From: a virus
Direction: 5' to 3' (one strand)
IMG/VR virus record: IMGVR_UViG_3300037258_001099
Location: 32,001-96,000 of that record
Length of the DNA: 64,000 nucleotides
The number at the start of each line of letters is the position of its first letter. Position 1 is the first letter of the stretch. Position numbers and translations under genes: made by a program. The notes beneath the pieces are model-generated. The model made no database searches and had not been told where the DNA came from. It saw only the letters and a program-made list of their open reading frames with translations. Of this stretch, positions 36,013 through 47,800 are shown one piece after another.

Positions 36013-36321
36013 CTAGTCTTCTATGCCGCCAAGGGCATCCAATAACTGATCATCTGCTGGAGGAGTAGGATCTTTTCTATTCTCCTCCAGCTTAGTTGCT
36101 TTTTTTAAGGAAGAGGGGACCGTAACGATCCCTCCTCCAGGCCAATATGTAGAGTGCTGAACCTTCTCGGTCATTAAAAGGTAACGTTCTTTTAAGATGC
36201 TGTGAAGTAAGCTTGTGACGCTACCAGCCTCTCTTCTTGCGGCTTCCTCTTGATAGAATCGCTCTAGTTCTGAGCCCTCTTCCATTAGGATGATAAACTG
36301 GCGAGTCCCTTGCTTTCTCAT
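36013..36321 (-). CDS. ParR-like ribbon-helix-helix adaptor (paralog 1)
   Basis: RQFII...FYQEEAARREAGSVTSLLHSILKERY, acidic helical tail DDQLLDALGGIED; coupled to parM. Confidence 0.7.
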   Translation of the reverse strand: MRKQGTRQFIILMEEGSELERFYQEEAARREAGSVTSLLHSILKERYLLMTEKVQHSTYWPGGGIVTVPSSLKKATKLEENRKDPTPPADDQLLDALGGIED

Positions 36322-37508
36322 GATACTTGTCCTACATTCTGATATTGCCCTAAGAGGGCTCTAGCATAGTAGGCTAACCCATCTGCTGTGTCAAACTCAG
36401 GGTGGCTAGAAACGGTGATTTTACGGGCAGGAATACGGGGACGGAAAGCATCTCTAAAGAAGTAGAACCCTCCTCCTACAAAGTAAACAGTTGATGCCTT
36501 TTCTGCAAGCATTCCATCTTTTCCTGCACCTAATCTGCTTGCAAGCTCTGCGGTGATTTGATATCCAACACTATTGCATCCATCCCTTACCCATCTTTCC
36601 ATATCTTCTAGGCTTACTGGTCCCCTATCGCTATTGGTTTCAATGATTGGATACGCAGGTATCTCTCGATGTTCTCTCCCTCTTCCCATTTCTGTAATAT
36701 CAAAGTCATCGTTCTCTTCTTGATATCTTCGTACAGCTATGTATGCACGGAGAATGTCCTCTGTTCTCGCTTGACTAATTTCAACCCCGTACTCATTCCT
36801 TGCTTCACTAATAATATGGTCAGCTATGTTCCTGACACCCTTGTTGATAGTTCCGCACTCAGCACCATCTTGTGCCTTCATTCCTCTTAGGGTGGCATAA
36901 TCGAATGTGTAATATCCACTATCAAAAACGATAGTGTATCGGTCATCCGCTGGAGCATTCCTAATAGCAGGCCCTATTCCCTCGGCGACAATTCTCCCTA
37001 CTTTAAGATCCTGGATGCGAATTTTTCTACCATTGTACTCAATATCGTGTGGGCCATTAAGGTTTCTCTTTACTTTTTCTTTTACTACTGGGTCCGATGC
37101 TAGTGTGAGAGGCAGGCACATGACACCAACAATATTGCACTGAACAATATCCTTGGGAAGTAGGGCTGCTATCCCAGTGAGCACATTCCTTCTGCACTCA
37201 AGAGATGAGTACCTACCTGGATCTGAATGACTCGTGGATGCATCTTTGGAGCGAAAAGCTCGGTCTCCAACAAACCATGATTGTTTGTTATATTTAAGCA
37301 CATGATCTGTCGGTTCAAGAGCATCGATGTCAGCAACAACAGAATTCCCTAGCAGGCTTCTTCGAGACGCAATATCTTCAATCCGCCCTAATTTACTTGC
37401 GCTTGGGAACGTTACCCTCTCGTATACTCCTTGTTCATTAATTCTCACTGCCGTAAAGTAGGAATTTCCATCATCAATTCCTATTGCAAAGGTTGGAACG
37501 TCGGTCAT
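36318..37508 (-). CDS. parM: ParM/StbA actin-like partition ATPase
   Basis: IGIDDGNS phosphate-1, VAEG connect, FDSGYYTFD phosphate-2, FVGGG adenosine motif. Confidence 0.88.
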   Translation of the reverse strand: MTDVPTFAIGIDDGNSYFTAVRINEQGVYERVTFPSASKLGRIEDIASRRSLLGNSVVADIDALEPTDHVLKYNKQSWFVGDRAFRSKDASTSHSDPGRYSSLECRRNVLTGIAALLPKDIVQCNIVGVMCLPLTLASDPVVKEKVKRNLNGPHDIEYNGRKIRIQDLKVGRIVAEGIGPAIRNAPADDRYTIVFDSGYYTFDYATLRGMKAQDGAECGTINKGVRNIADHIISEARNEYGVEISQARTEDILRAYIAVRRYQEENDDFDITEMGRGREHREIPAYPIIETNSDRGPVSLEDMERWVRDGCNSVGYQITAELASRLGAGKDGMLAEKASTVYFVGGGFYFFRDAFRPRIPARKITVSSHPEFDTADGLAYYARALLGQYQNVGQVS

Positions 37509-37579
37509 TTTTCTGTTTCCCTTTCTAAATTTTAATGGAATAGCAATCTATCTTAAAATTGCCATCCAATTCTTCTAGA

Positions 37580-37608
37580 AGTATAGCATACTCTTTTTGA
37601 TAAAACAA
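37580..37608 (-). promoter_or_regulatory. Putative parM promoter
   Basis: Minus strand TTGTTT-17 nt-TATACT with TG extension. Confidence 0.55.
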
Positions 37609-37610
37609 GG

Positions 37611-37750
37611 CTTACTAGTACTAGAACTACTAATGTACTAGTAAGGTACTAGCAACTATTTTGCACTTCGGGATTTTAATTTTAAATTGTGTTTTACGGG
37701 CACTTTTCTAATGGTCTTTCTAGTACTTCACTAGTACCCGTACTAGTAGC
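37611..37750. repeat. Clustered TACTAGTA-like repeats (candidate parC centromere)
   Basis: TACTAGTA at 37613, 37637 and 37741 plus variants (TACTAGAA, TACTAGCA, CACTAGTA, TTCTAGTA) upstream of parM. Confidence 0.55.
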
Positions 37751-37850
37751 TCCATTTCCCCTCTCATTTGCCCCACTTTTTGACCATACAGTAGAGTATG
37801 CTTTGCTAGCCCCCACTACCCACTAACAAGGGTATGCCAAAAATGAGCTT

Positions 37851-38040
37851 AAAAAAGCCGTCAGGAGCCTGTAGAGCGGTGGCCGCACTTTTGATTTTCC
37901 TCTGGTAGTGAGGAAGGGGGAACAGAAAACCCCCTACCCAGGGGGTTTTGCAGCTATTTTCTTACTCAAAATTGCAAAATAAGTCAGTTTTCTGTCCAAA
38001 ATCCCAGGACGCCGCTCTACAGGCCGTTGACTGGTTTTTT
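37851..38040. repeat. Long-range inverted repeat enclosing a hairpin (candidate origin or regulatory site)
   Basis: GCCTGTAGAGCGG (37867-79)/CCGCTCTACAGGC (38012-24) within about 33-bp imperfect arms; central AAAACCCCCT-ACCC-AGGGGGTTTT. Confidence 0.6.
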
Positions 38041-38051
38041 AACAGAAAGGA

Positions 38052-38285
38052 ATGACCATGACAGTCATGGATTACCAATGTCCAGAGTGCAGCCACATCT
38101 GGGAAGTCACACGAGGAATGAAGGACGAGAGCCCTATCCTGTGCCCCTCGTGTAGTCATATCGGGCTTGCCTACTTTGGTAAGATGAACGCATCTGATGT
38201 ACAGTTGAGCTTCGGCTTTCGGCCAGAGAAATATGACAACGATGTGGACAGACGCATCGCCCAATTTCAACATACCCATTTGTAA
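38052..38285 (+). CDS. FmdB-family zinc-ribbon protein
   Basis: DYQCPECSHIWEV...CPSCS. Confidence 0.85.
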   Translation: MTMTVMDYQCPECSHIWEVTRGMKDESPILCPSCSHIGLAYFGKMNASDVQLSFGFRPEKYDNDVDRRIAQFQHTHL

Positions 38286-38293
38286 GGAGAAAT

Positions 38294-38503
38294 ATGAAAA
38301 CTAGCATCCATTCATTTTTTGGGAACGACAATGCTGCTTACCCTGAGAGAGCAATACAGGGAGCAATAGAGCAATCAAATAAGTTTCTTGATTCTCTTCG
38401 GAAAGAATTCCACGCTGTAGAGGTCGATGCTATTACAATGACTCACTTCACCCACGGTGAATTTTTTTCATCTGTCATTACATTGGCAATAAGCACAGAT
38501 TAG
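38294..38503 (+). CDS. Hypothetical protein
   Basis: AAGGAG RBS. Confidence 0.6.
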   Translation: MKTSIHSFFGNDNAAYPERAIQGAIEQSNKFLDSLRKEFHAVEVDAITMTHFTHGEFFSSVITLAISTD

Positions 38504-38521
38504 GCCGAAGGAAGCATAGAT

Positions 38522-38815
38522 ATGCTAGGAAAGCATCTGAAAAATATCTATGAAGCATTGCAGATTGATAATACGCTCAGTGAGGCACTGCTTCATATGC
38601 TGAACCAGCAACACGTGGAATTTCTTGATTTCCAAAAACAGTGCTACCAACAACAGCAGGACTGGATTGATTGGTGCAAGCAAAACAAAAAAGAGGAAGA
38701 GGATAAGAAAACCCAAGAGAAAGAGGCAGCTCTCCTCGTGCTTAATGAAAGAATCCGCGAGACGTTTACAGATGATGCTAAAGAGCGCTTAGAAGCCGAG
38801 GAAAAGCCCAAATGA
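38522..38815 (+). CDS. Hypothetical coiled-coil protein
   Basis: AAGGA RBS; ATGA overlap. Confidence 0.6.
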   Translation: MLGKHLKNIYEALQIDNTLSEALLHMLNQQHVEFLDFQKQCYQQQQDWIDWCKQNKKEEEDKKTQEKEAALLVLNERIRETFTDDAKERLEAEEKPK

Positions 38816-39711
38816 AAATCCTTGCCCTCTATACCGAGTACAATTTCTCGATCCTGCGCCGTGTAAAAGGGCCATTCAGTGTTCTTGCAGAGCGCAATCA
38901 CTCTTTTAACCTGCTCCAGGTGAAGTCCTTCTCGACAGGGCTCTCCTTTGGCTCTGATATCACGGTGCTTGCGAACTGGGAACTTTCCGAAGAGGAACTA
39001 GGAGGGCTGCGCTCAGTTATCCCACACAGAGCTATTGTTGCCGACTGCTCTGACCCTAGGCTCCTCTACAACGAGCTCTACCGCAAGCAGCTCGAAGTGG
39101 TAAGCCTGGTGACTGTTCCCAATGACTGGACGCGTAGCGCTATCCATGGCATTAACCCCCGCGTGGTCGTGGTCCCATCGTGTGTGGACCTTCCCTATTT
39201 TGTCCAGGCTAATAAGGTGAAGATCGCCAAGAACCAACCACTCACCATCGGGTGCCTTGGTCCCTATGATTGGAAGCTGGTGAAGGATGCACTTATTGCC
39301 ATTGCAGAGAAGTATCCCAAGGTAGCTATCTGCGCTGATCAGGGATCGTACCCTATCCTAAGAGATGTGCCACGTATTCTTGGTGTGCAGACCTCAGTCT
39401 ATAATTTACCAGAGGTCATGCGTCATTGCGGCTTTGGTCTTTGCCCCTACGACGGACAGAGCGGCTGGGATGATATCTGGGAATATGAGTATGGCTCGCT
39501 GTGTCGACCAGTCATCAAGCTCCACCCACCTATCTCACAAAACACAGGAGCATGGGTTGCTCGCATCGAAGAGCTGACTAGAGACGGAGCACTTCGATCA
39601 AAACTTGGAAACCAGGCCTTTATCCGAGCAAACGAGCAGCGTACCACCAAGCTTGCCTCCAAATATCTTGCCGCATACCACAAGAAGTTGCCTCAGTTGT
39701 TTCTCGCTTAG
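38812..39711 (+). CDS. GT-B glycosyltransferase-like protein
   Basis: MKIL start, ADCSD, VTVPN, VVVVPSCVD, TIGCLG, GLCPY, EYGSLCRPVI, LRSKLGNQA pattern of GT4-like enzymes. Confidence 0.7.
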   Translation: MKILALYTEYNFSILRRVKGPFSVLAERNHSFNLLQVKSFSTGLSFGSDITVLANWELSEEELGGLRSVIPHRAIVADCSDPRLLYNELYRKQLEVVSLVTVPNDWTRSAIHGINPRVVVVPSCVDLPYFVQANKVKIAKNQPLTIGCLGPYDWKLVKDALIAIAEKYPKVAICADQGSYPILRDVPRILGVQTSVYNLPEVMRHCGFGLCPYDGQSGWDDIWEYEYGSLCRPVIKLHPPISQNTGAWVARIEELTRDGALRSKLGNQAFIRANEQRTTKLASKYLAAYHKKLPQLFLA

Positions 39712-39847
39712 TACCCTCAGAGGAGCACATTGTACTTTCTCTTGCCCTGTGAGGGGGTCACAAGCTGATCCCTTCAACAGATGCTTTCCCCTTCACGGGT
39801 AGTGCCTGCTTGCCTTGCAGGCTTTCCCTCTCGTGGAGAAAAGCTCT

Positions 39848-40885
39848 ATGTCACACACAGCACTCTCTGGAGCGATTGGCTTTGCTAAGCAATCAGCCAA
39901 AGACATCGCCAATACCTCCTACAATTACATGGCCTGCACATCCATTAGTATGGACCCCCAGCAAAATGCACAGGTACTTCCGCCTGAGATCGGGGGCGCG
40001 TACTTCCCGCGTGGGTCCTACAAAGCCTCGATCATGAGTAACGGCACGCTCGGCTTTTTGGTCCGTCCACATAGCATTGGGCATTTGCTCATGATGCTTT
40101 GCGGTGTAGATACCGTACTCACTGATACCCCAGTAGCAGGCGCAAACACCCATACCTTTACGCCGTTTCTGGTCGGCACTGGCAACGATTTGCCTTGGTA
40201 CACCACCGCTAAAGATGAGAGCCAGCTCTGGGCTGAGCAGCACTTAAACACCAGGCTTTCAAGTCTGCAACTCACCGTCCCCAAGTCAAGCATCATGACA
40301 GGGCAGGCAACGCTTGTTGCAACCACACCATCTGCTATCCTGTCATCCTCTCTTGGGGCCAAAACGTTCGACAACAATCCACCCTTCCAGGCGTGTCTGG
40401 CATCGATGAGTCTACAAGAAGAGGGTGGCTCTGGCAACATCTCGGCTAATTCTGTTCATGTGGAGCGCCTTGGCTTTACCTACAACAACAACCTCTCAAA
40501 CGATGAGTTTAGCGTTGGTAGCTTCAGTCTTGACGACATCACGCTGCAACAGAGGACGGTCACGGTTGACATGGATTTCGTGGTGAGAGATCCGGCCATC
40601 TATCAGGCGGTGTATTACAACGGTGGTGCAATCCCGCAGTCTTGGAGCCCCACAATTTATCGTGGGAATTTAAGCGTTGACGCCATTTCTACTGCCAATA
40701 TCGGCGCAACGACCACGCCGTTTTCTTGCCAGTTTAACTTCCCTGGATTGGATTTCTTGATGTTCCCAGCTCCCATGCAGGGTTCTGATGTTGTTCGCGC
40801 CACACTCTCAACACAAGTAACCCTTGGTCCGAGTGGGAGTGATCAGTTTAGCGTGGTGCTTATCAACGACGTAGCTTCGTACTAG
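39848..40885 (+). CDS. Tail tube protein
   Basis: GAIGFAKQS, NTHTFTP, FTYNNNL, FSVVLINDVASY; directly upstream of chaperones and tape measure. Confidence 0.85.
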   Translation: MSHTALSGAIGFAKQSAKDIANTSYNYMACTSISMDPQQNAQVLPPEIGGAYFPRGSYKASIMSNGTLGFLVRPHSIGHLLMMLCGVDTVLTDTPVAGANTHTFTPFLVGTGNDLPWYTTAKDESQLWAEQHLNTRLSSLQLTVPKSSIMTGQATLVATTPSAILSSSLGAKTFDNNPPFQACLASMSLQEEGGSGNISANSVHVERLGFTYNNNLSNDEFSVGSFSLDDITLQQRTVTVDMDFVVRDPAIYQAVYYNGGAIPQSWSPTIYRGNLSVDAISTANIGATTTPFSCQFNFPGLDFLMFPAPMQGSDVVRATLSTQVTLGPSGSDQFSVVLINDVASY

Positions 40886-41077
40886 AGGAGCTGTGTTATG
40901 GGGGAATTGTTTCTACTCCCAACCCATCCAGACTACCCATATGGGCAGAAAAGTGGTGAGGGGGATCAACCTTTAAAGGAGATATGTTCCCCCTCGTCTG
41001 TCCATAATATGGAGCAACTCTCCAAATCCGAGCTGCACGCCTACATGGTAACCCATAGTGTCAAAGGAAATAAATTT

Positions 41078-41671
41078 ATGCCAAAAAGAGCGCCATTCGT
41101 CGGCGATACCAAGACCTTCGCTTCCCCAACTGATAAAGAAACCACCTTTGTCATCAGGCGGCTCTCGATCCAGCAAGTCATGATCTACCGCGATCGCAAC
41201 TCCAAGGTCCGCTACATCACTGAGGATAACGATGACAACAACCAGAAAGTGGTCACTGAGCGCGATTACCCCGCAGGCTCGATGACCGTGGATATTGCGG
41301 TGCTTGGCCTTGCCTCCTGGAACATCGCCGATCTTGCTGGCAATAACGTTCCTGTTTCTGAGGAGAACATGCTCAAGTATCTGGAGCCAGAGGAGCTGGA
41401 CTTTATCTCAGAGAAGGTTCTCGATGTCAATCCCATTCTCAGCAATCGGGGGAACCAGAAAAGCAAACCTGGAGAAAATGCTTCGCCCTCAGATGGCAGC
41501 AGTGATGGAACAGATGACACACCGACAGTACGTCAAATACTGCCAGGAGACGGAGGTGGAGAAGGAACACTACGAGACTCACAGCTATCCACATCCGTTT
41601 CTCCTCATCTGGATGGAGGCCAGACGACAAGTCAATCCCATCACGGGAGCTATGAGTTATCCCGAACCTAA
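41078..41671 (+). CDS. Tail assembly chaperone (G)
   Basis: AAGGA RBS at MPKRAP; FVIRRLS...GLASWNIAD..G..VPVSEEN...LEPEELDFI; lies between tube and tape measure. Confidence 0.75.
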   Translation: MPKRAPFVGDTKTFASPTDKETTFVIRRLSIQQVMIYRDRNSKVRYITEDNDDNNQKVVTERDYPAGSMTVDIAVLGLASWNIADLAGNNVPVSEENMLKYLEPEELDFISEKVLDVNPILSNRGNQKSKPGENASPSDGSSDGTDDTPTVRQILPGDGGGEGTLRDSQLSTSVSPHLDGGQTTSQSHHGSYELSRT

Positions 41672-41819
41672 CAAAGGCTACCTGGAGCAAGATGCCGAGC
41701 TGATGCTGGCCTTTGAGGTCCTGGAGGAGCTCTACGAAGAGCATGAAGCTGAGCAGGAACGCATGGAAGAGATAAAGAAGGCTAGATCAGCGCATTTCGG
41801 GACCCAGCAGTCGGGATAG
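41447..41819 (+). CDS. Tail chaperone T portion (probable frameshift product GT)
   Basis: Overlapping frame encodes YPEPNKGYLEQDAELMLAFEVL; GGGGG run at 41448-52. Confidence 0.65.
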
Positions 41820-41879
41820 GCCAACGTATTAAGGAAAAGTCGGTTTCACGCACATTTTTGGAAAGGACAAGAGCAGTTC

Positions 41880-44800
41880 TTGTTCCCAGAAGAAAAGGAA
41901 CGTGAAACCGTGTCAACATTCGATTACAGCGCCTGGTTTGGATTTCGTCCCAGGATTTCATCCACAGCGGAAGGGTTTGCACGCATGCCAGACTATGATC
42001 CCTCTCAGTTTGCTCCCCGTCCTGTGTGGAACCCTGCAACAGGTAAGTGGGAAGATCCAAACAAAGCAAATCGCACAATCAACCGCAGACCTACCATTGA
42101 GGCAGAGATTGCTGAGCGACAGCGCAGAGGATATTCTCTCTCTGATATTTCGCTTGCGCCACATGCTATCCCTCAAGGTGCCGCAGGTCCAGAGAAGTAT
42201 CAGTCACCAGAGGAATGGAAGAAAGCTCAGAGCACCTTCCAGTCTGTACAAGGCGCTCTTGGAGCCTCCACTGGTAAACAAGCTGCTACAGAAGCCCTAC
42301 GACGAAGTGATCTCAATAAGGCACTACGCCAGGGTCAGATAAGTACAGCAACTGCTGGCAAAGCTGCCATGATCACTGAGCGCATGAACCAAGAAGGGAA
42401 GCGTACACAGGCAGCGAACGAGGATCAGCTCAGAAATATGAGCACCCAGCCAGATGTAACGCCCTTCACCATCGTGCCACAAAAGAATCTTCCGTCACGA
42501 GCAAGCTTGCTCTCCCAGATGGAAGCTGCACAGCCCCAGGTAATAGCACTGCAACAGCAAACGCAGAAAAATGCCTCCGAGCTTATGGGCAAACAGGTAA
42601 AGATGCAGACGGTAAGTCAGTTCTTACCTGCCCTTTCACACGAGCAGCTTGGAGGGGTGCAGAGCAAGTCACAATATGTAGGGTTTCGTGGTGGTCCTGG
42701 TGGTGGCAAAAGTAAAGCGCTCATATCAGCCATCTTCAACAATCTGCTCAACCAAGGGCTCTCATCTGACGAGGCTGCTAGACTTGCCAAAAATACCATC
42801 TTTCTAAGCCAGACCAAATCAGCAGTCAGTCGCATGCGCACCAATATGGAAGGTGCAGAGCAAATGATCCCAGGCTGGGACGAGAAGGCTAGATCCGAGC
42901 AGATGATGACACTTGGCCGCTTTGCCATGAGTCTGCTTAATCGTAACCAGTCATCAGGCGGATCAATCTTACAGCAGATGGGGGCAGGTGACTACAAGCC
43001 GCTCTACCAGGGATCTGGCGAAAACATTGAAGAGGAGATGGCAAAGCGCGAGCATGAGCAGGTTTTGAAGCGCGTGCTCACCCAACATGGTTACAATACT
43101 CGGATCAATAATGTAGGCCAGCTTGCCCAAACGATCGCCGAGATCAAAGGCACAAGCAGAGAGACTTTTGAGGCAGCCTACAAACGAGGGAAGTCTCTGC
43201 AAGACCAAAATAGTCAACGGCAAGTCATCCCCTCTGAGCAGGCGCTCTACTTGTATCAGAACGAGCTGCATAGAACGAAGCAGTATGACATCAATGATGT
43301 GCCAGGAATGCTACTCAAAGCTTCGACGAAGAAGAATGTTCAGTTTCCGCGATTTGGCATGATTGCCAATGATGAGAGTCAGGACACGCCACCCATTTAT
43401 GGACAGCTCTTCCAGAAACTCCTTGGTCCATCTGGCCGACTCATTACGGCGGGCGACCCATCTCAGCAAGCGATCCGTCGCCCATGGGATATCGATCAGA
43501 CCATGAAGAGTGCTGGAGCCAAAATCCATGAGCTGAGCATCAATTTTCGTACTGGCCGCCACAATGTCTCCAGTCTCAATCCACTGCTCGCAACCCAGGC
43601 CATGGCTGATCAGCCAAAGAGCCCATTCCAGGCTGCATTCAAAGAGCATGATCAACCTATCAGAACGCATGTGGAGGAAAATTTCCCTGCCATGCACCGA
43701 GCCATGTTTGGCAACTGGATGAAAGACATGGGTCTGACTCCAGCCATGATTGCCAAAAACATGCAGTCAGGGGTCCATCCATTCTCAAGTCCAGATGCTG
43801 GGAGTCTGCTTCCAGGAGATGCACCGTTCATCTTCCAAAGAGATGAGGAAGGTCGTGGTGCATTCCTCAAAGAGATGCGGTCTACGCTGAGCAAGCACAT
43901 GGACGAGGCGATGCTTGATCGCTTCATGCAAGAGAACATCTCCAGCGAGCCACCTACCGCAAGCAATGTGATGTCTGCTCGTGCCTACACGGTTGGTCAA
44001 GCTAGGTCCCATGAGTTCCCTGAAATTCATGGCGACGTAACTCCGCAAGGTCTCTGGCCTCCAGAAGGTCATATAGGCCAGATCTATACGATGCAGTCAA
44101 GGGCTATTAATCAGCAGCATCTCTACTATTCTAAGAAGAATATGCCCAAGGGAACGCAGCATGATCTGGCTACCTCGTTCTTTGGAGGCCAAGAAGTGCC
44201 ACATGGTTGGGACCAACTTATGCAGGCAGGAACAGAAAATCTGGTAGATCAGCAAGGTATGGCTGTCGCAGATTTACCAGAGGCGATGCAGTATGCCTAT
44301 AACAGCCCACATGCCATGAACCTGGGGACTTCTCCAGAGCGGCCAACAGAAGACCCAGAGATGGTGAAGCAGTTTGTTGAGGAAACACTCTTTGCCAACA
44401 AGTTCTATAGTCCACCAGTTGACTCTGGATCTGGGCTGCTCCAGGGCAGCAAAGATGATCAATTTGCCGCTGACATGCGCACTTACGGTTTCAACGCCGA
44501 GATGCTCTCAGGGCAAACCAAGCGTTCTGTGATCTCACAGTCCAAGATGGAGATGGCAGCGCGTGCAGCCCAAGATATGATCATGAATGGCCCTGGTGTG
44601 GTCTCGCGGGGAGCAGCAACCTTCAACAGCGAAGGTGTCTGGCAAACCAAGCGTATGGGCAGGTCAGAGATCGAATCCGTTCCATCGCCCAAAGAGTTCA
44701 TGGATCGTATCCATCAGATGGCGGGACCTATTCCAGCACGTCTCATGAAGGACGATATCGAGCGAGAAGCTTCCTCAGAGTTTCCTGAGATCGATAATAT

Positions 44801-47800
44801 CCAGATGAAGCCATGGGCAGGAAAGGAGCAATCTCAAGAGGCTGGTGACACGACGCAGGTCCGTCAGTGGATGGGACACGCACTTGCTATTCCAGGGTTC
44901 CGCAATGTTCCAGAGATCATGGGCAGACTGAATGATCTACTCACTCATCCCAAGGTTCTCCAGTCGATCACGGGGCCACTTGGGAAGCTTGCTAAAAGTG
45001 ATCCAAAGCTTGCTCAACTTCAGAAGCGGATCAATCTTGGTCGGCTCGATGGTCACGAAGCTGAGAAGATCAAGAACAGGATTGCCAGACTTATAGGACT
45101 GGGTGCAAAAATCACACAGACTCAGCAAGTCCAGCTTTCTGCACTGCAATCGAAGATGAAGAAGGTTGGAGGAGAGCCTCTTCACCGGATCATCTCGCGG
45201 GTAGTGACACCAACACTCACAGGTACCAACAAACCTAATCCGCTCTATCATGCAGGGTTTGCAGATCTACTTCATGGGGCCGCAGCAAAACAGCTTCCCT
45301 GGCAGCATCTTGATCCAGACTTTGTGGGCTCGCTGGGAGGTAGGGCACGACAATTTGAAAGAGAGGGAGACACATCCAAGCGCCGTTTCTGGGGTGAGGC
45401 GGCAGGAAAATTTGAAGCATTTAGTTCCCAGGTGCATCCAGATGGATCGCCGCTCACAAAAGAGATGCTTGCCCACGCAGCTCCTCACGAGCGAGCACTT
45501 TTAGAGCGGATCTTCGAGAGCAAGCATGGTGGAGATATCCTGCCCTATAACCACCCAGATGTCGAGAGCCGCGTAAGCCAGTTTACCTATCAGCGAGGCC
45601 TCGTCAATCGTGGCATGGTCTCTCCCGAAAACATGGCAGCAATGAAGCTTTCTCGTGCTAACTCCAGGCGTGCTCCTGGTGAGACGGAGTTTGCCAACCT
45701 CTACATGGCGTTGCAAGGTGGTCTTTCGGAAGGAAGCGGCTCTGGTATCGAAGACCCAATGAACACACTTGCACGGGGAGGAGGCAGATTTGCAAGTCTT
45801 GGCGCTGGAACGCGACTTGACTCTATGATCCAGAGACTTACGGAACTCTCTGATCCTGCTGGTCGTGTGCTCACTTCAGCCGAACGTGCGGGGTTTGCTG
45901 AGCAACTTGGGCAGGCACAGTATGTGAAGTCTGAGCTCTCCAGTCCTACCAACTGGCGTGATTGGGCGCATACCCTGCGGGCGGCAAGCCTTGCCTCAAC
46001 TGGGAAAAACCTCCATGATCCAAAGCCCTTGGAGGAAGGAAAACCCAACGATCCAGTGAGAGAGCTTTTCCGCCACCGCGACCAACATGTTAAAAATGCT
46101 AGGTCTCTAGAAGGGCTGACAGGTCTCATCACTCCGCTCAAAGAGGCAACAGCACATTTACAAAAGACAGGATCACTGCGGCGGTCTCATGTGGACGAGA
46201 TCCTGAGAGCGTTTGGCTACGATCCGGCGGACAAGAATCTTACCGCGCTCCGAAAGCTAGAGGAGAAGAAAGGCTTTAGTAGCCGAGGCGGCCAAGATCC
46301 AGATCTACCAATGGCAAAATTGATCGGGCAGTTCCCAGACCAGATGAAAGATATGCGGGAGCAGCTTACCCGTGTGCCGATTATCCAGGGATCGCAGCAC
46401 TACACTTATATGGGAGGCGAGCCTGGATATGCCGATATCAAAAAAGCACAGCAGGGTATTCCCTCTGGGATCATGGGAACGCTGCATCCGCTTCCTAAAA
46501 CAGATGAGACTGGGCCTGAAGAAGAATTTGGTCTCTCCAAAAATGTCCAGTTCCACATGAGTCGGGACATGTTCTCCAAATCCGATCTGGGAGTATTCAA
46601 CCCAGAGAAGGCCAAGAGATTACCAGAGCATGTTGCAAATATGGATTATGCGCCACTCATGCAATTTGAAGGAATGCACCAGGGCAGCCACGTAAGCTTT
46701 CCAGTTCACCCAGAGCAACTTGCTCTTGCGGACACCAGTGGCCTCGAACAGGAAAAGGGTATCCAGGATCTCTTCAAACGTGCTAGGTGGACAGGTCTCA
46801 GATGGAAGGAGCAAGATCAAAATAAAAAGCAGATAGAGGTATTGCGTCGGTCAGCAGACGCTAAGCATAGAAAGGAGCATCCCCTCTTTACGCCAAGGCA
46901 GCTTGCAAACCCTCGGGGATATGCTAGTTCCTTTGGAGTTGATCCACGGACACTCCCGCCAGCGTACAGATCACACATAGGAGGGCAAATTAACTCTCCA
47001 AGCAAGGTCCTGGCGGCAGCGCAGGTAGCCCAGCACAGCCAGGGTCAGATGGCACGAGGGCTGGTGGGAATGCAGCAGCCAGTGCCAGAGCCCATGCCGT
47101 CTTATCGTGGATACCAGCTTGGTGGAGATTTAAACGAAGCGGCCATTGACTCGATCATTCGCAGCCAGCAGAAGAAGGAGCTAGAGGCAAATACGGCAGA
47201 GACACCTGAGTTTGGGCCAGTTGATCCAAATTTGCAGCCGATGCTTCCTGGCTTTGGTGGAGGCGGGGGAAATCTTCCCCCAAGGCCACCATCGGTTCCT
47301 ACACCAGAACCAGAAAACGATCCCAGTAGAATGTTCTCGGCTTTGTCTTCTCCAGAATTGGAGAGGGCACAGCCTTTTCTTGCGCATCCCAGATTCAACC
47401 AGCTCTACAAAACTTTCGAGACAGGACGGCTCTTTGGAAGACAAGTAACGTGGCAAGGGCATCTTGAAGATGAGCACGCCTTTAATCTGCGTCATCCAGA
47501 GCTCCATAAGAGTGATCTTGAGCTAACGAGCGGCCTCTTGGGGAAATCAGTTCCTCCGCCTCCACCTGATGCATCTACCATGGCTCCACGGCAAAGACAA
47601 GAATCATCCGGCTTGCGCCAAAGAATGATGGTTCAACATGCATCTGGTCTGGCACAGGCAAGAGATAGGAAAAACGATCCGCTGCTCGCAACGATTGGGC
47701 AGCATATTCCTGCCCAGGTGCCACTAGCACCAAGCCAAGGGGGAATTCCACCCCACGACATGGCTCAACTTCTTACACATCTACGCAGCGGGAAACAGTC

